DNA from: Sphagnum compactum
Lineage: Eukaryota
Assembly (NCBI GenBank): GCA_965153455.1
Contig: OZ234494.1
Coordinates: 4,402,001 to 4,466,000 of the forward strand
Length of the DNA: 64,000 bases
Direction of reading: 5' to 3'
The translations under genes were made by a program, and so were the position numbers. The notes under the pieces were generated by a model. It searched no databases, was not told the origin of the DNA, and saw only the letters and a program-made list of their open reading frames with translations. This document shows, piece by piece, positions 12,265-26,620 of this stretch. Position 1 is the first letter of the stretch, and the number at the start of each line of letters is the position of its first letter.

Positions 12265-15200
12265 TACTTTTCTTTGGATACTTGATAACTTATATGGAAG
12301 AACACATTGTCTTCCATTCTTGTTTCAAATTCTTCTCCATACTCTCCAAATGTCATTCACCAGCTAAAAGAGCTTTAGAGAGGGACCCATATTCTGTGAG
12401 GCACACTGGCACTCGCATCCTCACTTAGTCTCCTAGTTTTTGCTTCACACCATTGTCCTTATGATGTGCCCTAGTCTCCTCCTTGCTCATGCTTGCAATA
12501 TATTTATAAATTAACAAGGATATATTAATTTTAATATTTATTAACCCATTAGATAAATTTATATTAAGAATCAAAATATTCCATTAGGTTAAGGTTTGGG
12601 TACCCCCTCAAATCATATAAACCCCTTTTTGGGTAAAAAAATGGATATGTATTTTATTTATTCAATTAAATAAATGTTCACATTTTGGAATTTGAAAAAA
12701 ATAGTTTTTAAAGGCCAAATCCAATGTCGAAATGCAAGAATCCAAGTGTTTTAATTTGCCCTTGTCTACAAATATATACAAACATGTATTATTTTGATCC
12801 TCTCTTTCTTCTTTTGGCATCTCAATTCTATACCATATGGTTTGCCCAAAGTTTTCCCCTTTTCACCTATATAGCAATGTTTTATGTTTGAGAAATATAA
12901 CTATATCGTACCAAAATACGATCTAACAATAATGAAAATAAAATTATATGCCATATCTTTAAAAAATGACAAGTGTAAACCTAAAATTATATATTTAATA
13001 TTCCAAATATTTATGTGTTGGACCTATGTTTGTGTGTACTAGAGCCGAGAACATTTTTTATGACGATTAAAACATTTTGTCTTGTTGCACAAAAAATGTA
13101 TGGTGCAATTTCTTAATGAACTATGAATATTAGTTTTCAAGTTTGAAGACATTTGTCTAGTACCACATAAAGTGTTTGGAAAAAATTCATTAGACCATTT
13201 GTGTCATTCATCATAGGTCAATTGCTTTAGAGGAATGGTCACTTTTCTAGCCTTAACCACTTTGACTTATTTGTTTAAACTAGTGTTGAGCAATTATTTG
13301 ATTTTTCAAAGACTTGTCAATTTCACTTTTTTTTAATTCCATAATAAAAGAGCCATGGTTTTGGTTTTTGAAAAAAACAAAAAAACAAAGTACCATTAAT
13401 TATGGTATTTTCAAAAACCTTAAAAAACTAATGGTTTTCATGAAAGAACTAGTAAAAACTAGCAATTTTTTCATTGATTCTTTTTGGGTATTTTTTGATA
13501 ATTATATATTTTTGAACATTTTCATAACCAATTGGTAAATGGATATATACATGGTTTGATACACATGTGGGTTAGGTCTATGTCATATTTATCTAAGTCC
13601 ACGTTACAATAGTAATTAGATCTTAGTTACTATTAGTATTATAGTGCGATTAATGGGACATATAAGGTTATTCTTGGATGAAGTAATCTTAGAATTGTTC
13701 ATATTTGAAGGATGAAAAATGTAATAATAGTCACAAAGTAATCACAAAAATGTTTACAATTGAAATAAATTGTAAAGTTCAAAATATAGTCGCAAAAATG
13801 ATGAGAAATAATTGCATGCAACATGTAGCTCCATCTAGTTGTGAACCAATTAGTTACACAATATAAGATTTCTTTTAGTGAATGATGGTGTTATTTTTAA
13901 TGTCCAAATGATGTGAATAAAAAAAAGCAATGAATGTGAACAATCAATTGAAACCCAATGTATTTTTATGGAATTATGATTCATTTCCATCTTTTGCGAT
14001 GTTTGAAATTGTAGAATTAACAAAGATATTCATAAATGTTAATTGCCATTAAAACTCCAAAAGGATTCTTCCACATGGTTCCAAACAATTATTTTAAATG
14101 TACATATATGTTTACTCTTATGGCATTAACATTAGAGCTAAAGACCTTTGATACTAGTGATCACATGAAGACAAGGATTAAAGACAATGCTTCAAAATTA
14201 GATGAACTTTGAATGTGAATTTTATTGAAATGTGAATAGGCTCAATGACCATACTAGATGACCATTTTTTGTTTAGGGTGTAGGGTTTTATGAAAAAAAC
14301 CATAACTAATTCAAAATGTTTCACATGTCACATGCATTTTGCATATTTTTATACAAGAATACATTTGTTTGCTAAGGGTTAAGGTTTAGGTCATCAAGTG
14401 GCCACAAATAACATAAAATGATAGAATTAAAATTTTGTGCATGAAGATTTAGGATTTTAAAATATTCGTTTTTTCTTTTGGAATATTGTGATTTAAGCTA
14501 GTGAACAATAATACCCTACAACAGAAAATATATAACTATGTTTCCAAAGTAAATATATATACCTTGATGTTGTTTATGTATATATAAATATATATAAGGA
14601 TGATATTGAGTGTTTTTCTTTGCATGGTAATTTTTTGCAACTTGGCAAGTAAAAAAAGGGAGGTGCAAATGGTTTTTTGGGGAAAAAATGGGCCCAAGTC
14701 ATGACACTATGAAAATAAAAAAATAAAAAATCATATTTCAAGAATAAGTTCCAACAAGTCACCAAGTTACAAAAGGAATCCTAAATTCTTAAACTTCCCT
14801 CTCTTACCTCTTACCAAATTTGGCTTAGTCCCGTTGAGCATGATCATCAACCCACCTACTTCACGAATTTGAAAAAAAAAATTTGATCCACAAAGTTTTT
14901 GAAAAAATTAATTGAAATTTTAAATATTATTTTTGCAAAACATGAAAATCCATTACCAAAATAACATGGAAAAGGCCACCAACCAATGATGCCTTTAGAT
15001 TTTGAATGGGATTGAATTACTATGTTGTGGTGCAATTCAAAAGTTCATGGGGATTAACATAGATGAGGATATAAATTCCAACAAACCAAATGAGTTAATG
15101 CAACATGCATTTCATGGACTTTGTATTTTTTTTGTGAAGGATGGGGGTTTGTTGGATTTTTAATTTTTTCCTTGGACCTTCTATTCTCACCAAACTCCAA

Positions 15201-16286
15201 CCAAGTTCCCATTGTTTTGCCAACATGTTCCACTAGGTTGGTAACATGTTCCCAAATAGATCCCAATGTGTTCACCAACAAGTTCCCAATACCCAATTCA
15301 CAATGACATAGTTGAAAACTTGGTTCCAAGTCACCACATAATGAAGAAAAAAATTCAACAAGGTTGTTACAATGGACTCAATCCCAATAATCTTGAATGA
15401 ATAACCCTAGGTAGACAATAACTAATAGGGAAGGAGGGTGAAGTTTAAGACATGATTGTGGCAATCAAATAGAATTTGATACATTGAGTTGTGCATCACA
15501 TGAATGTTTAACATTCTAGTTTAAAAATTTGTGATTACAAAGAAAAAGAAAAAAAAAGACTTTGTTCACATTTAGGGCTCACAATTGCAGGAATATGACA
15601 ATTAGACCAACTTGAACCTCTACACATATTGGGTGAATTGCAACTTGCTACCAAAGGAATTTGAACTTGATCAACCCCCCTACTTGTTGGAATGATTTTT
15701 TTGGCACATTTTGTGTGGTAAATATGTATCCAAATTTAAGGAGTTCATGAATTTCATAAGGAATCACAAAAAGAATTTATCGGAAAGGCTTGCAATAGCT
15801 TAAAAATAACATGTAATCAGTAACCTTTCATTTGCCTAATGTGAATGTATCGACCTTGCAACATTAATGGAATATGGTATCTTTGAAAGAATAACTTAAT
15901 GTGTTTATTATACATATTGTTTTGAAATTGCACAATTTTTTTTAAGAACTTGAATTCATCCCCCCCCCACACATTTCATTGTTCTATATGCATTCTTATG
16001 TTGTCTAATGGCTTGTTTGGTTTGCTACCCTCTATTTGATTTCCTTTGGTTTCCTCCATCAATGAGCTTGGAAACAATAAACTCCACAAATAATGAGTTC
16101 AAGGTTTCATTGAATTTGTGTTGGTTGTATCCATTCTAATTATTGAACCAACACCATTGTTGTTATTTAGAATTTGGAATTGATTAGTGAAGAAACTACA
16201 TGATGGTTTTTCTCTACCATTTATTAAGTAGATGAGTTTCAAAATTCTAGTTTCCAAGATAGATTATATTATTTAAAAATGTTAAT

Positions 16287-17067
16287 TAACGCGCCCCCAA
16301 GTTCCTTGTTTGACCCAAAAAGGGTCCAACTATGTTAAAGAGCGAAAGTAGTTGGAACTTGGTGCCGCTCCCAGCTCCCAGGACCAAAGGGGGTGAGAGG
16401 GGCGTGTTGAAAGTTTCGGGATTAAACTAGGAAGAGGGACATCGTATTTAGTTGTTGGGTCCTGCATCCAAACCAACCAACAAGTTGGTTAGTTCACATT
16501 CGGGAACACTCTTGGTGTTGGGACAAGCCACGGGCAACACGGACTCATTTGACTCACCACGGCCCAGACTTGGGGGAAGCCACCATCTTCCCCCATATAG
16601 TATTCTCTGCGTTTGCCCACAGCACCTACATCCGAATGGCTTTTTGTCCCGGTTTGGACTCCCGGGACTTTGGAAGCTCATAACTCCTAGCTCAGACCTC
16701 CGATTGGGATGACGTCTGAAGTAAACTTGTAACTCTCCTCAAGATCTTTTCAACGGTGTGTCACACTCCACCTGCACATATCGGGGTCGGGTCGATTCCT
16801 GATTTTTAGTGGTCGGGAGTCAAACTGCCAGTTTGACTCCCGACCTTTCTTTCGACCATAACTTGTGCTGCAGATGTCTGAATGGCCCATGCGAGGCCAT
16901 TTTCGACATCTACACTTCAAGACCTTTCCAACGGTATAAAAAACACTTTAATGCGAGGTGTTTGGACGCCTATAATCAAGCTCTAAATTTTTGGGAGTCC
17001 CAGAGGACTCCAAGTTCCCACTTTTGGGAGTGTGAGTTTCATTTCTCACACTTGCCTCAAAGTGGGG
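16287..17067. mobile_element. GC-richer interspersed repeat insertion (LTR-like/unclassified) flanked by 102-bp direct repeats
   Basis: Sharp compositional shift from the AT-rich flanks. 16185-16286 and 17068-17169 are near-identical direct repeats. No intact coding capacity. Confidence 0.7.
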
Positions 17068-17489
17068 TAGTGAAGAAACTACATGATGGTTTTTCTATAC
17101 CATTTATTAAGTAGATGAGTTTCACAATTCTAGTTTCCAAGATATATTATATTATTTTAAAATGTTAATCATATTCGTTTTTTTACTTGTTTTATTTATT
17201 TTCAGTATTGATAAAATCATTTATTGCCTTAAGATACACTGTGAAAAAATCATGTTTGTTGCAATTAGTTTTAACATGATGTAAAATACTAATTTTATAT
17301 GTAGATTTTTTAATTAATAACTTATACACATATTTTTTTTGGTATTGTAAATTTTATTAAATGTTATTTTGAATAAATTTTACATCTAATTTTTTGGAAG
17401 TGTCCTTTCATTTATAAAAATAAATTTAATATGAAATATAACATATTTAAAAAATTGTATGAGTACCAAATCTCAAGATGCTTTTGCAT

Positions 17490-19000
17490 CATCCACAATA
17501 TTGTTGAAGATATATTGAGACGCTTGCATTTTATGGCCATGGGCATTTAAACATGTGGCTTAGAAAATGAAACCAACATAATCAAAACATAGATATTCAA
17601 CGCTTGAGTTGTTGAGATCCAATGATCTTGGTTTCCATTTATAATGCATAATATTGTGGGTATAATTAACCAGATATCGGAATTCTTTGAAAACATTAGA
17701 TGTATACTTTGTGGCAAGATCCAAGTAATGAAAATAAAATTGTCCTTGGAAAATGTTGATGGCTATTACATAATCATAAACAAAAACATCTGGCTTTTGC
17801 ATGAATTTGATTAGTGCATGGATTATTTTTAACATTTGAATCAAACAAGAGAGGGAAATGATCAATTCACATCATAAAGGAGTTCAAATTTCACCTTGGG
17901 AACCATGAAAGATGGATTGTCTTTTGCCATTTTTGCAACTAATGGCATGTACATGGACATTACTTGTTTTGCTGGGGTGAACATGCTAATTTAACATGAT
18001 TTTACATTATGCAAAATCTTGTTTTTTTTGCCTTCTTCAAATTTGCAAAACTCAAGGGGTTTTGTTGGGCTTTGAAAATAAATACATAATATGTTGAAAT
18101 AAATCCTCTATGTGTTTCACAACAAGTACTTAAGACAAAATCTACATTACTAAATTGGTGGATGTGCTATGAAGTGAATGCCTTCCAAGTGGGGAACAAA
18201 CTTATCTTGTAGTTGGTAGGTCACACCATTTTTCATGCCTCGGAAAACATTCACACTATTAGCATTATATAATATCAACTTCATAGCAATATTTGTTTTA
18301 GAAACACCCACATATTTTTTCATAATATCAATAATAATCTTTCTTAGATTATTAAAACCCCCTCCCCTAATGACATGTTCTAAAAAAATCAACACATGTA
18401 AATGACACCAATTTTGGACAACATAACAATGGATTAGAACTCATGATTGGTTATCAAGCGTGGTGATTCCATCATAAGAAAAGGCAAGGTACTTTGAACC
18501 TACAACAACCTTTCACATTTTTTTTGGACACTTGTTTGTGTAAACATTCAACCATTAGCCAATGAGTTGAATCATTGCAATGATTCACAGGGTTTAGGGG
18601 AACATTGAGAAAAAAAAAACAATGGTTCATAGTTTCATATTCCAACATAGGTTGGCCTTGCTGTAATAATTGTAGAATTGTGCAAACTTTCCCCTTTTAA
18701 ACCTCGTTAAATCACTTATTCAACAATGGAAATGCGACATCATTGAGAGTATTGCATTTCTTGTTCACATAAAATTCACCTTTCTTATTGCCCATACATG
18801 GCATGTCCCACACCACTTTTATCTTTCGTGCATGTTATCAAGTGTGTTAAATTTTAAACCCAAAATGACTTTCATAGCCAAACACACAATGCATTTCACC
18901 TGGTTAACTTCCCCAAAATCAATTTTGAACATTTATGCCCGTGAAATTTGTGTAGCCCAAAATTTTCTGCATTTGCGAAAAACATCATAAACCTTTTTCA
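17490..19000 (-). mobile_element. Degenerate hAT-like (ZNF862/C17orf113-type) transposase remnant
   Basis: Broken minus-strand frames include NSVNVFRGMKNGVT...PHLEGIHFIAH (like DGxxVFxG...HCxAH), IHALIKFMQKPDVFVYDYV and a VKCIVC zinc-finger-like piece. Many stops and frameshifts. Confidence 0.65.
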
Positions 19001-19937
19001 GCTTCTTTGGATGCGATTTGGGCTCGTTTCCTTCAGTTGGCAAAATAAAGATCTCGAACACATAAGCTTTAGTAGGAGGAACAAAAGTGGACAAATCGCT
19101 CGGGCACACCAATTGCATAGTAGGATTGTTGTGATTTGGTTCTGAGTTCAAATCAACCTTATGTTTGGTGTTCAAGCTTGCCTCAGAAGATGACATTGTT
19201 GAAAATTCATGTGAGTCGTTAGGATTCCAACTAGACTTGAATTAAAAAATTAAGATAATATCAATTGTACACTTCCCCTTCCTTTTTGAAACCATGGTGT
19301 CCAACACTTGCACAACAATGTACAATAAAAACCTGAAACCCAATTTCAAAGGCTCACTTGGTTTCAAAAGTTTAGAGCTTTCAGATCGAAAGATTCCAAA
19401 AATGTATTTTCAAGGTTGAGGTTGGGTGACAAGTCTTATGTGTAACACTTAAAGGACAATCACAAACCATTGAATTCAATGACAAAAAATGCGTGGCCAC
19501 AACTCCACATCATAATTCGCCCAATCTTTCTTTGTTGTTTCTCTTCATGTTTTAGCACTCTCAATGCTAGAAATGACAATGGTTGCTCCATGATTACCGA
19601 AAGTAATAGCAAAGGAAGTGAGTAACAAATTGACTATTATCGGTGAAAGAAGATCTCTCATCCATGGAGTTGGGTGATGATTGACCTAGATTGAATGATG
19701 CAAGCCAACGACGGATTGATGTCAAACCTAGTTAAAGTAGGCGATGTACATGTAGGGTTACATCACATTGTGACGATGTAGTTCAATGCGCTTGATGTGA
19801 AATATGGTGATTAAATTTTTTTTTCGGATGCCTTTTTTTTTCCTTCAATGCATTTCACCCATCAATTTCTTCTTTTGCTTTATGCCGATTTTTCACTTTA
19901 TTGGAAAAATGGCTGATGAGGGTGGGTAGTGCGTATG

Positions 19938-20010
19938 TAGGGTTTAGGGTTTAGGGTTGATGAGGTTGTAGGGGCTACTCGGGCAATAGCATAGAGTCAG
20001 TGGGCCCAAA
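19938..20010. promoter_or_regulatory. Three tandem telo-box/telomere repeats (TAGGGTT)3 plus a site II-like TGGGCC upstream of the lipid kinase gene
   Basis: tagggtttagggtttagggtt at 19938-19958 and tgggcccaaa at 20001-20010. Regulatory function is inferred from known plant promoter motifs. Confidence 0.45.
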
Positions 20011-21291
20011 TTTGAGCAATCCAAGCAAAATAGAAAATGCTCTATTTCGAGTTCTTTAGACTTGTGGATAAGTGAATGATAATGTACACTTTTTGTCCAT
20101 TTTAGGGTTTCGTTTGAGTTCAGTGCAGTGACACGGTGCGTGTGCAGCTCGGGACGAGAGGTTGTTGTGCCGATCAATTGAGGTTGGTTTTCTTCGAGAG
20201 CATAACGTTGAATTGCATTGATCTGTGAGTTTCCAGAAGGATTTTGTTTCCAAGGGGTTTTTTTTTTTTTTTTTGTCTTCCTTCTGTATCGACGGTGGAA
20301 TCTCGAATTTTGATGAGTGTTTTTTTTCTTGCTGGCTTGCTTGCTTGCTTGCAGAGGTATTGATGCCCACATCATTCTTTTGAATCTTAGCGCCTTTGGT
20401 TTCATGAACTTTTTCCCTTCTGGTTTTCAAAGGTAGGTGTCAATAAAGTTTTAACAAAAAAAAGGGAATTCCCAGTATCAAAGGTTGTTTAGAGTAAGAA
20501 GGAGAAGTGATTCCAACAGCAGTGGCAAAAGTAAAATGTCCCGGTGGATCAAAGTTGCCTCCCCCCCCAAATTTTTTTTTCCAAGATCAAAAGTTGCAAA
20601 GAAAAGTCCAGGAATTGAGGATTTTTTCTCTTGTGGTTGTTGTATAGGGTAAGAGGGGGGGGCGGAGGCGAGGGGAAAGTGATTTCCAACAGTGGCAAAA
20701 AGCTCCAGAATTAAGTAACCTTCCTGGGCTTTGGAGATTTAGGAATAGTTGGGAATCAAGTAGAGTTTGAGCATTGAGGTATTGAGAGGTATAGTCATAG
20801 GTTGTAAGTTTAAGGGTTTAGGGTTTAGACTTCAAAAATTTCATTTGATTTCCACTGTCTGTGTGTTTTTGTTCTATCACAGAATTTGGCATCTTCAATG
20901 GTTTTCTCTTCGCAAGAATTTAGTACTAGGATCTCAATTTGTTCATCTTCACAGAAAAAACAATGTTGTTGGATGATGATGGAAGGATCTCCACAGCAAG
21001 GATTGATGATGTATTATGGTGGAGATTTGACAGAATTCCAATTTCAACCCAATTCTTAGAGACATAAGCAACTTGGAGGAGAAGTTCTCTAAGGACAGGA
21101 TTCAATTAAACAGCTCCGAGAACTTCTGCAAGCACAGGATTCAATTCAGCAGCAACGGCTCTGAGAACTTCTCTAAGAACAGGATCCAATTCAGCAGTGG
21201 GTCTCAGGATTTATCCAAGGACAGGATTCAATTCAGCAGTGGGTCCAAGAACTTGTTGAAGGACAATATTCAATTCAGTGGCTCCAGTCAG

Positions 21292-24200
21292 ATGTCTTCA
21301 GAAGGAGAATTTGTGAACCGGGACTATGTTTTTGTTGTGAATCCCACTGGTGAGGTTTACATCAGTGGCTTTGGCCTCTTATTGTACAAAGTATCTGCTT
21401 GATTTCATCTTGTTTTTATATGCTGCATTGCTGCCTATTTTACCATAGATCTAAACCATTGATATATGCTATACTGAAATTGGACATCTTTCATTTGCTA
21501 AAACTCTATAGGATGCATGGCAAGATGCTCTAGCAAAGTGTGCACTACTGGGTGGTAAAGAAAGTTCTGATGGTCAAATCATTGTGCTATGAAGGTGGAA
21601 ATGGGCGTACAGGACGGGATTGGCAAAAACTGCTGCCTTTGTTACATTCTCGCCTTGGCAAATCCTGGAATGTATGCTCTTTCCTTCAATCTATGTTATC
21701 AGATCTGAATTCTCCATAATTTTTGTTATTGGTTTGCTTCTCAATTCTTGTCAGGTTGACTTGGCAAAGGTTCTCAACACTTATGAGTAGTTTGTTCCTT
21801 TATCTCAGTGTTCATGATTGTGCTTCATAGGTCTTGAACATAATCTGGAAGCAAATTCTCAAGTAAATTCAATAACAGAGCTGTTATTATTATCTCCAAA
21901 AGTTTTGGGACTATTGAGAGGTCTTTATAGATGATGAGCCTGTGAGTTATGGTCAGATTCGAAATTCTGTAAGATGCAGGCTGCACAGATTCGGGACAGG
22001 AGTTCTGAAAGTCTTTTATGATCACAGCATGTTTGGCTGACATGTACCTCATATTGGAAGCCTTTAGCTGCGTTGAGATCTCTGATTGCAGATGTACAAT
22101 TGCAGGTACGTGAAGCCCTGACAACTGGCCCGCTTCATGCTATAGAGCTTGCAAGGGAGGTGAGGAAAATCAACTCTGAACAATCATACAGTAGCAACTC
22201 TCAGTTTGTTCATAATTGTCAGTTTAACAACTTAATCTGCGATCACAAATCAAAGAAACGTAGCTTCATATTTGGTTATATAGCAAACTTCAGCACTGAA
22301 TTCTCCAATCCTGCTTGTAAAATAAGCCATATTTAGATGTGACATAGTGCAGGTTTGTGAGCAGTGATTGACAAATATAATACCATGTTTGGGCTGGCCA
22401 TCTCTCAATTGAGGAAAACCAGCAAGTTATGTTCAGTATCAAAAATCAGTTATGGCAGATAGATTTTTTTCCTGGCAGTGCCTATGGATCTGAAGAGGCT
22501 GCAACTGGAATTGACAGAAATCAGTGGGATTTATCTCAAGAAGATAGTGATCTGCTCACCCAATGCATGTGGCAGGCAGTTCAGAATGGAGCGGCCGCTG
22601 TAGTTGCTGTTGGGGGTGACGGAACCCTGAATGAGGTAATTGCACTGTGAATTTGGAAGTATAGGCCTACATTTGCATGTTATCATCTCTTTTGACATTA
22701 TTAGATCACATCCAAACCATATTGAACCATTTTGAAGGTAGCTACAAGAACCCGAAGAAATCATGTATTTTACTTTGTGACGCAAAAGTGTTTGAAATGC
22801 TGGAATGCACTGGAATAGCCTCCTCTACAGCTTGAAATATCCAGAGATTAGATTCTTGCATGACCTGGACATTTTCTTCATCCACATAATCTGTTTGTAA
22901 AGCAAAAGACTGAAATGCTAGCTTGTTACTGTCACTTGAATATGTTATTTACAAATCAAAATGAGAAAATCCCATGGCATTAGTTCTTACTATGCATAAT
23001 TATACTAACAGAGTCTGATGCATGGATTCTGCTTTTGTACATTGTGCAAAATACATTTGTGTTAGTGAATGAAGCAGTTCATAAGAACAAGAAAACTGGT
23101 AGACCAAAAGCAGAGCACTTGAGTCTTATTATAGACTGCATAATTTTGAGTCAACCTATTTTGTAGCTTGACTATGGTATTGGCATTTGGGGGTGAGTAG
23201 TTTACATCACAAGCATTTGGAGGAGGGAATGTCTGTGCCTGATGCTGGTCTGCAATATGGATTCTGAGATTAGGTACTGAATGGATTCTTCAAGGATGGA
23301 GAAGCTGTCCACCCACAGGAAGTTCAAGCAGGGCCACGCACTGCCATTGGGGTACCTCCTTACCAAATTCCTTATGTATTGTCATTCCTTTGGTAATTAT
23401 AGTAGTCAACTTTAGTCACTATGTGATATTGGTATGCATATTTTTCAAAATCAAAGCCTCTCCATTGTGAATGAGTCTGGCAGAGAAAGTCTTGATTGCA
23501 AGGATGTACTTCTACCACACACGTAGCCTTTCCAGAACATATTCCATGTGCAGATGTGAAGTTATTTCACCATTGGATTATCAATAGACAAATGAAGCAG
23601 AGATTGATCAATCATTCAATTTGTGCCTTTTTGGAACTCCAGTTAGTGAGGTGATTGTCTTCAACTGCTAACTTTTGAAAGGGCACAGTCATTCAATTTT
23701 TCTGTTCCCCAAACAACCAGAGAAAACTACCCATCGTTGTTAGGTTTTTGGGTGAAGAAGGAACACAAAAGCCATTGCCTGGTTTGTTTTGATGGTTTTA
23801 CAGCTTATTCCAATGGGCACTGGATCAGATTTTGCCCGACACTTTGGTTGGTGAGTTGTTATAACATCTCCCCCTGGTTTCTCGTTCTCTGTTGATCTGA
23901 TTTGGTTATTTGCCTTCACACTAACCTAGTTGAAATCTTAAGGAACCAGGTATGGTCAAGATGATCACAGAGTGTTTGGAATTTCATTCTTGGGATATGT
24001 GCTGCAGAAATACATTTGAACTCAGAGTTTGGACGGAGGATGTTTGACCTGGATAGGATCAACAAGAAATAAAGTTTCTGTTTTGCTGCAGCAAACTGTC
24101 AGAGCATAGGGAAATGGGTTTGAAAACAAGATGGATGGAGACATAAAAATGGGTGCCTTCACAAAATTCAGTCCAAAAATGTATGCTCAAACATGCAACA

Positions 24201-26620
24201 GAATTGGATTAAATAGTGAAAACCATAGCTCCTGGAGCAAATAATTAGAGAAAAGTGGTTGCCATAGCAAACTTGAAAAGAACTGAGAACATTCACTGGG
24301 TGTTTTCGGATTGTATTGAAGTTTCGACATGGGTCTCAAGAATATTACATATCCATGGTGATACCATTATATCCACTTGTGCTGTGACTATGTTATAATC
24401 CCATTCATAAAGGAGAGGAAGAAGAGTTGTGTTGAAATTGGTGTCGGGTTTTCATGGCACAGGAATGTTAATGACATGAATCAAGCAGTTGACCGCCTTG
24501 TTGTGGGTTTGGCCTTCATTCCTTACATCTTCTGACAGCTCAATCACTTTAGCTTAATTGCATGTAGTATTTTTGAATGGAAATAGATGCCCAGTTTTTT
24601 GGTGGTTGTTCATGCTCGGTGGAAAGCTAGGAATTGCATTTAGAAGGAAAACCTGTAGTTGTACCATGCTGTCTGACAATAAATTTAATAAAATCTGTAG
24701 TGTGTCTCATTGTTTGGTACGGAAGGCATCAGTGAACTTATTTGTGGGTTGGAATAGGGAACAAGCGGAAAATGGACGTGGGGCGTGTAGTGTTGGTGGA
24801 TGACAAAGTGGACCGCTATTTTCTCAATGTGGCAAGTCTTCATTTGTAAGTTGGATTAAAAATGTACTGTTAGAAAATGAAGGGAGGAATGTCAAAGACC
24901 CTTTGTTGACTTAATTGTGTATATATACTTGTCACAAAATCTCATGGATTAGAGAGCTCATTTTCTCTTGAGTTGTCACTAGTTTTTCTTGGAGACAATT
25001 GAATGCCTACATTTATACCACATTCTCAGGGGTCCAGGATCTGAGTTGTCTTTTGTGGGACTTTCTTACAAATTGGATACGATGTACCTTTTGCATATTG
25101 TGGCTGCCTTCAATGGTACCCTTGGGGGAGAGTAAAACTCAAAGCTTTATCTTCAGAGTGTTTTCTCTTAATATATTCTCTGAGCCTGAAGTATAGTAAC
25201 TTGTTGGATAGTTTTGTCATTACTTGGACTAATAGGGGGTTGATGGCATGTAGGAGTGCGAAGGCAGGTGCTCGGGTTGCCAAGTATAAAAGGCTGGGCA
25301 ATCTGTCTTATGTTTTAGGTGCCTTAGATGCCTTCAGAGACCACCAGAACCGAAACCTAAAAGTCAGGGTAACTGGAATCATGCCCCTGTTCCACCACTT
25401 TTGGTATTTGAGAGAGAGTAGTGAAAAGCTCCTATCTTAACAAATGAGGGAGTGGTGTAATGGGAAGACAATTGTTCTCCCTCTCTGCATGAACAGAGAA
25501 ACTCTGGTTGAAAGTCTCAGCGCTCAATGTTATAGACCTCACCTCCAAAAGAGAACCTGGTGCATTGAGGTGTTTCATTGTAAGATTTGAGAGCCAAACA
25601 AGCCAAGTTCACTAGGTAGACATTTCTCCTTATAGAATGCACGTTGAACATCTCCATATCATGAAACTTAAGCATCTAACAAGGACACATCTGCTTGCTG
25701 TATGTTTTTGAAACTGCTTCTGCAGGTGGATGGGGGAGAATGGCGGGCAGTACCAGATGTTTCAGCCATCTGTATTGGGAATGCAAAGTATTTTGGAGGG
25801 GGCATGAAAATTACCCCAACTGCTGACCCTTTCAATGGAAAATTGGAGGTGAGCATCCATCATTCCTCCTCACAAAGTCTGGAGGTACCATTGAAAACTG
25901 GAACTTCCAAGTATGTGTGAGGTTTGGGATTATGTGTGTTTGTGCTGAAAAGTGCTCAGCAGCTGAAAATGTTTGTTTGTGAAGAGGATCCCAATCAGTA
26001 GGAGCCGCTCAGCATTTTGTGGAGAGTAGAATAATAAATGTTTGCCATATTCCTTAAGCATGTTATAGAGCCAGGGCACCTACTGGACTAAGAGCTCAAC
26101 ATGGAGGTTGCAGGTGGTCACATTGCGGGATTTCAAGTGGTATGATTTTGTAACAAAGATGCATACACTCTATGCTGGGTCACACATCCAATTGAAGAAT
26201 GTTTCAAAAGAGAGGTACCCGCATGTGTCATTAAGCTCATGAGATGGGTGGTTGTGATTTTCCATTTTTAAGAAATTCCTCTTGATCCCTGAAGCCCACC
26301 AGAACTCCAGGTATTCGGTCTTTGCAAGTTAGGTTTAGCAGTGGTAAAAGATCTTACAGTTTCTCTCAAGCAAGAGGCAATACACTGCACAGAAGGGCCA
26401 TGGATGGACTGTTTCTATGGAGAAAGATGTTGATAATTGACCTCCTTAACAAATTTTCCTGGGTGGGGGGATTGTGATGGGCAGTGTTTCCACTATTGAA
26501 GTTGATGAGGAGATGGAGGCAGGCAGGAGAGAAGTCTATGTGCAAGCAGATGGGGAGCACCTTGGCTTCCTGCGGGCTTCTTTTTCAGTGCTGCCTGGAC
26601 AAATCGATTTCATAGTATGA
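21292..26620 (+). CDS. Diacylglycerol-kinase-family lipid kinase, sphingoid long-chain base kinase 2 (LCBK2)/YegS-like, multi-exon
   Basis: Motifs [79 protein letters not shown] and [14 protein letters not shown] at 26618-26620. The start is uncertain because the frame is open from about 21034. Confidence 0.88.

Noticed and set aside
13281-13540. Dispersed repeat resembling 47590-47848 in reverse orientation
   Set aside because: The similarity is patchy and the boundaries and TSD cannot be defined by eye.
19944-20430. Minus-strand ORFs of 153 and 124 aa
   Set aside because: Antisense to the T-rich leader region of the kinase gene. The Lys-rich content comes from poly-T runs.
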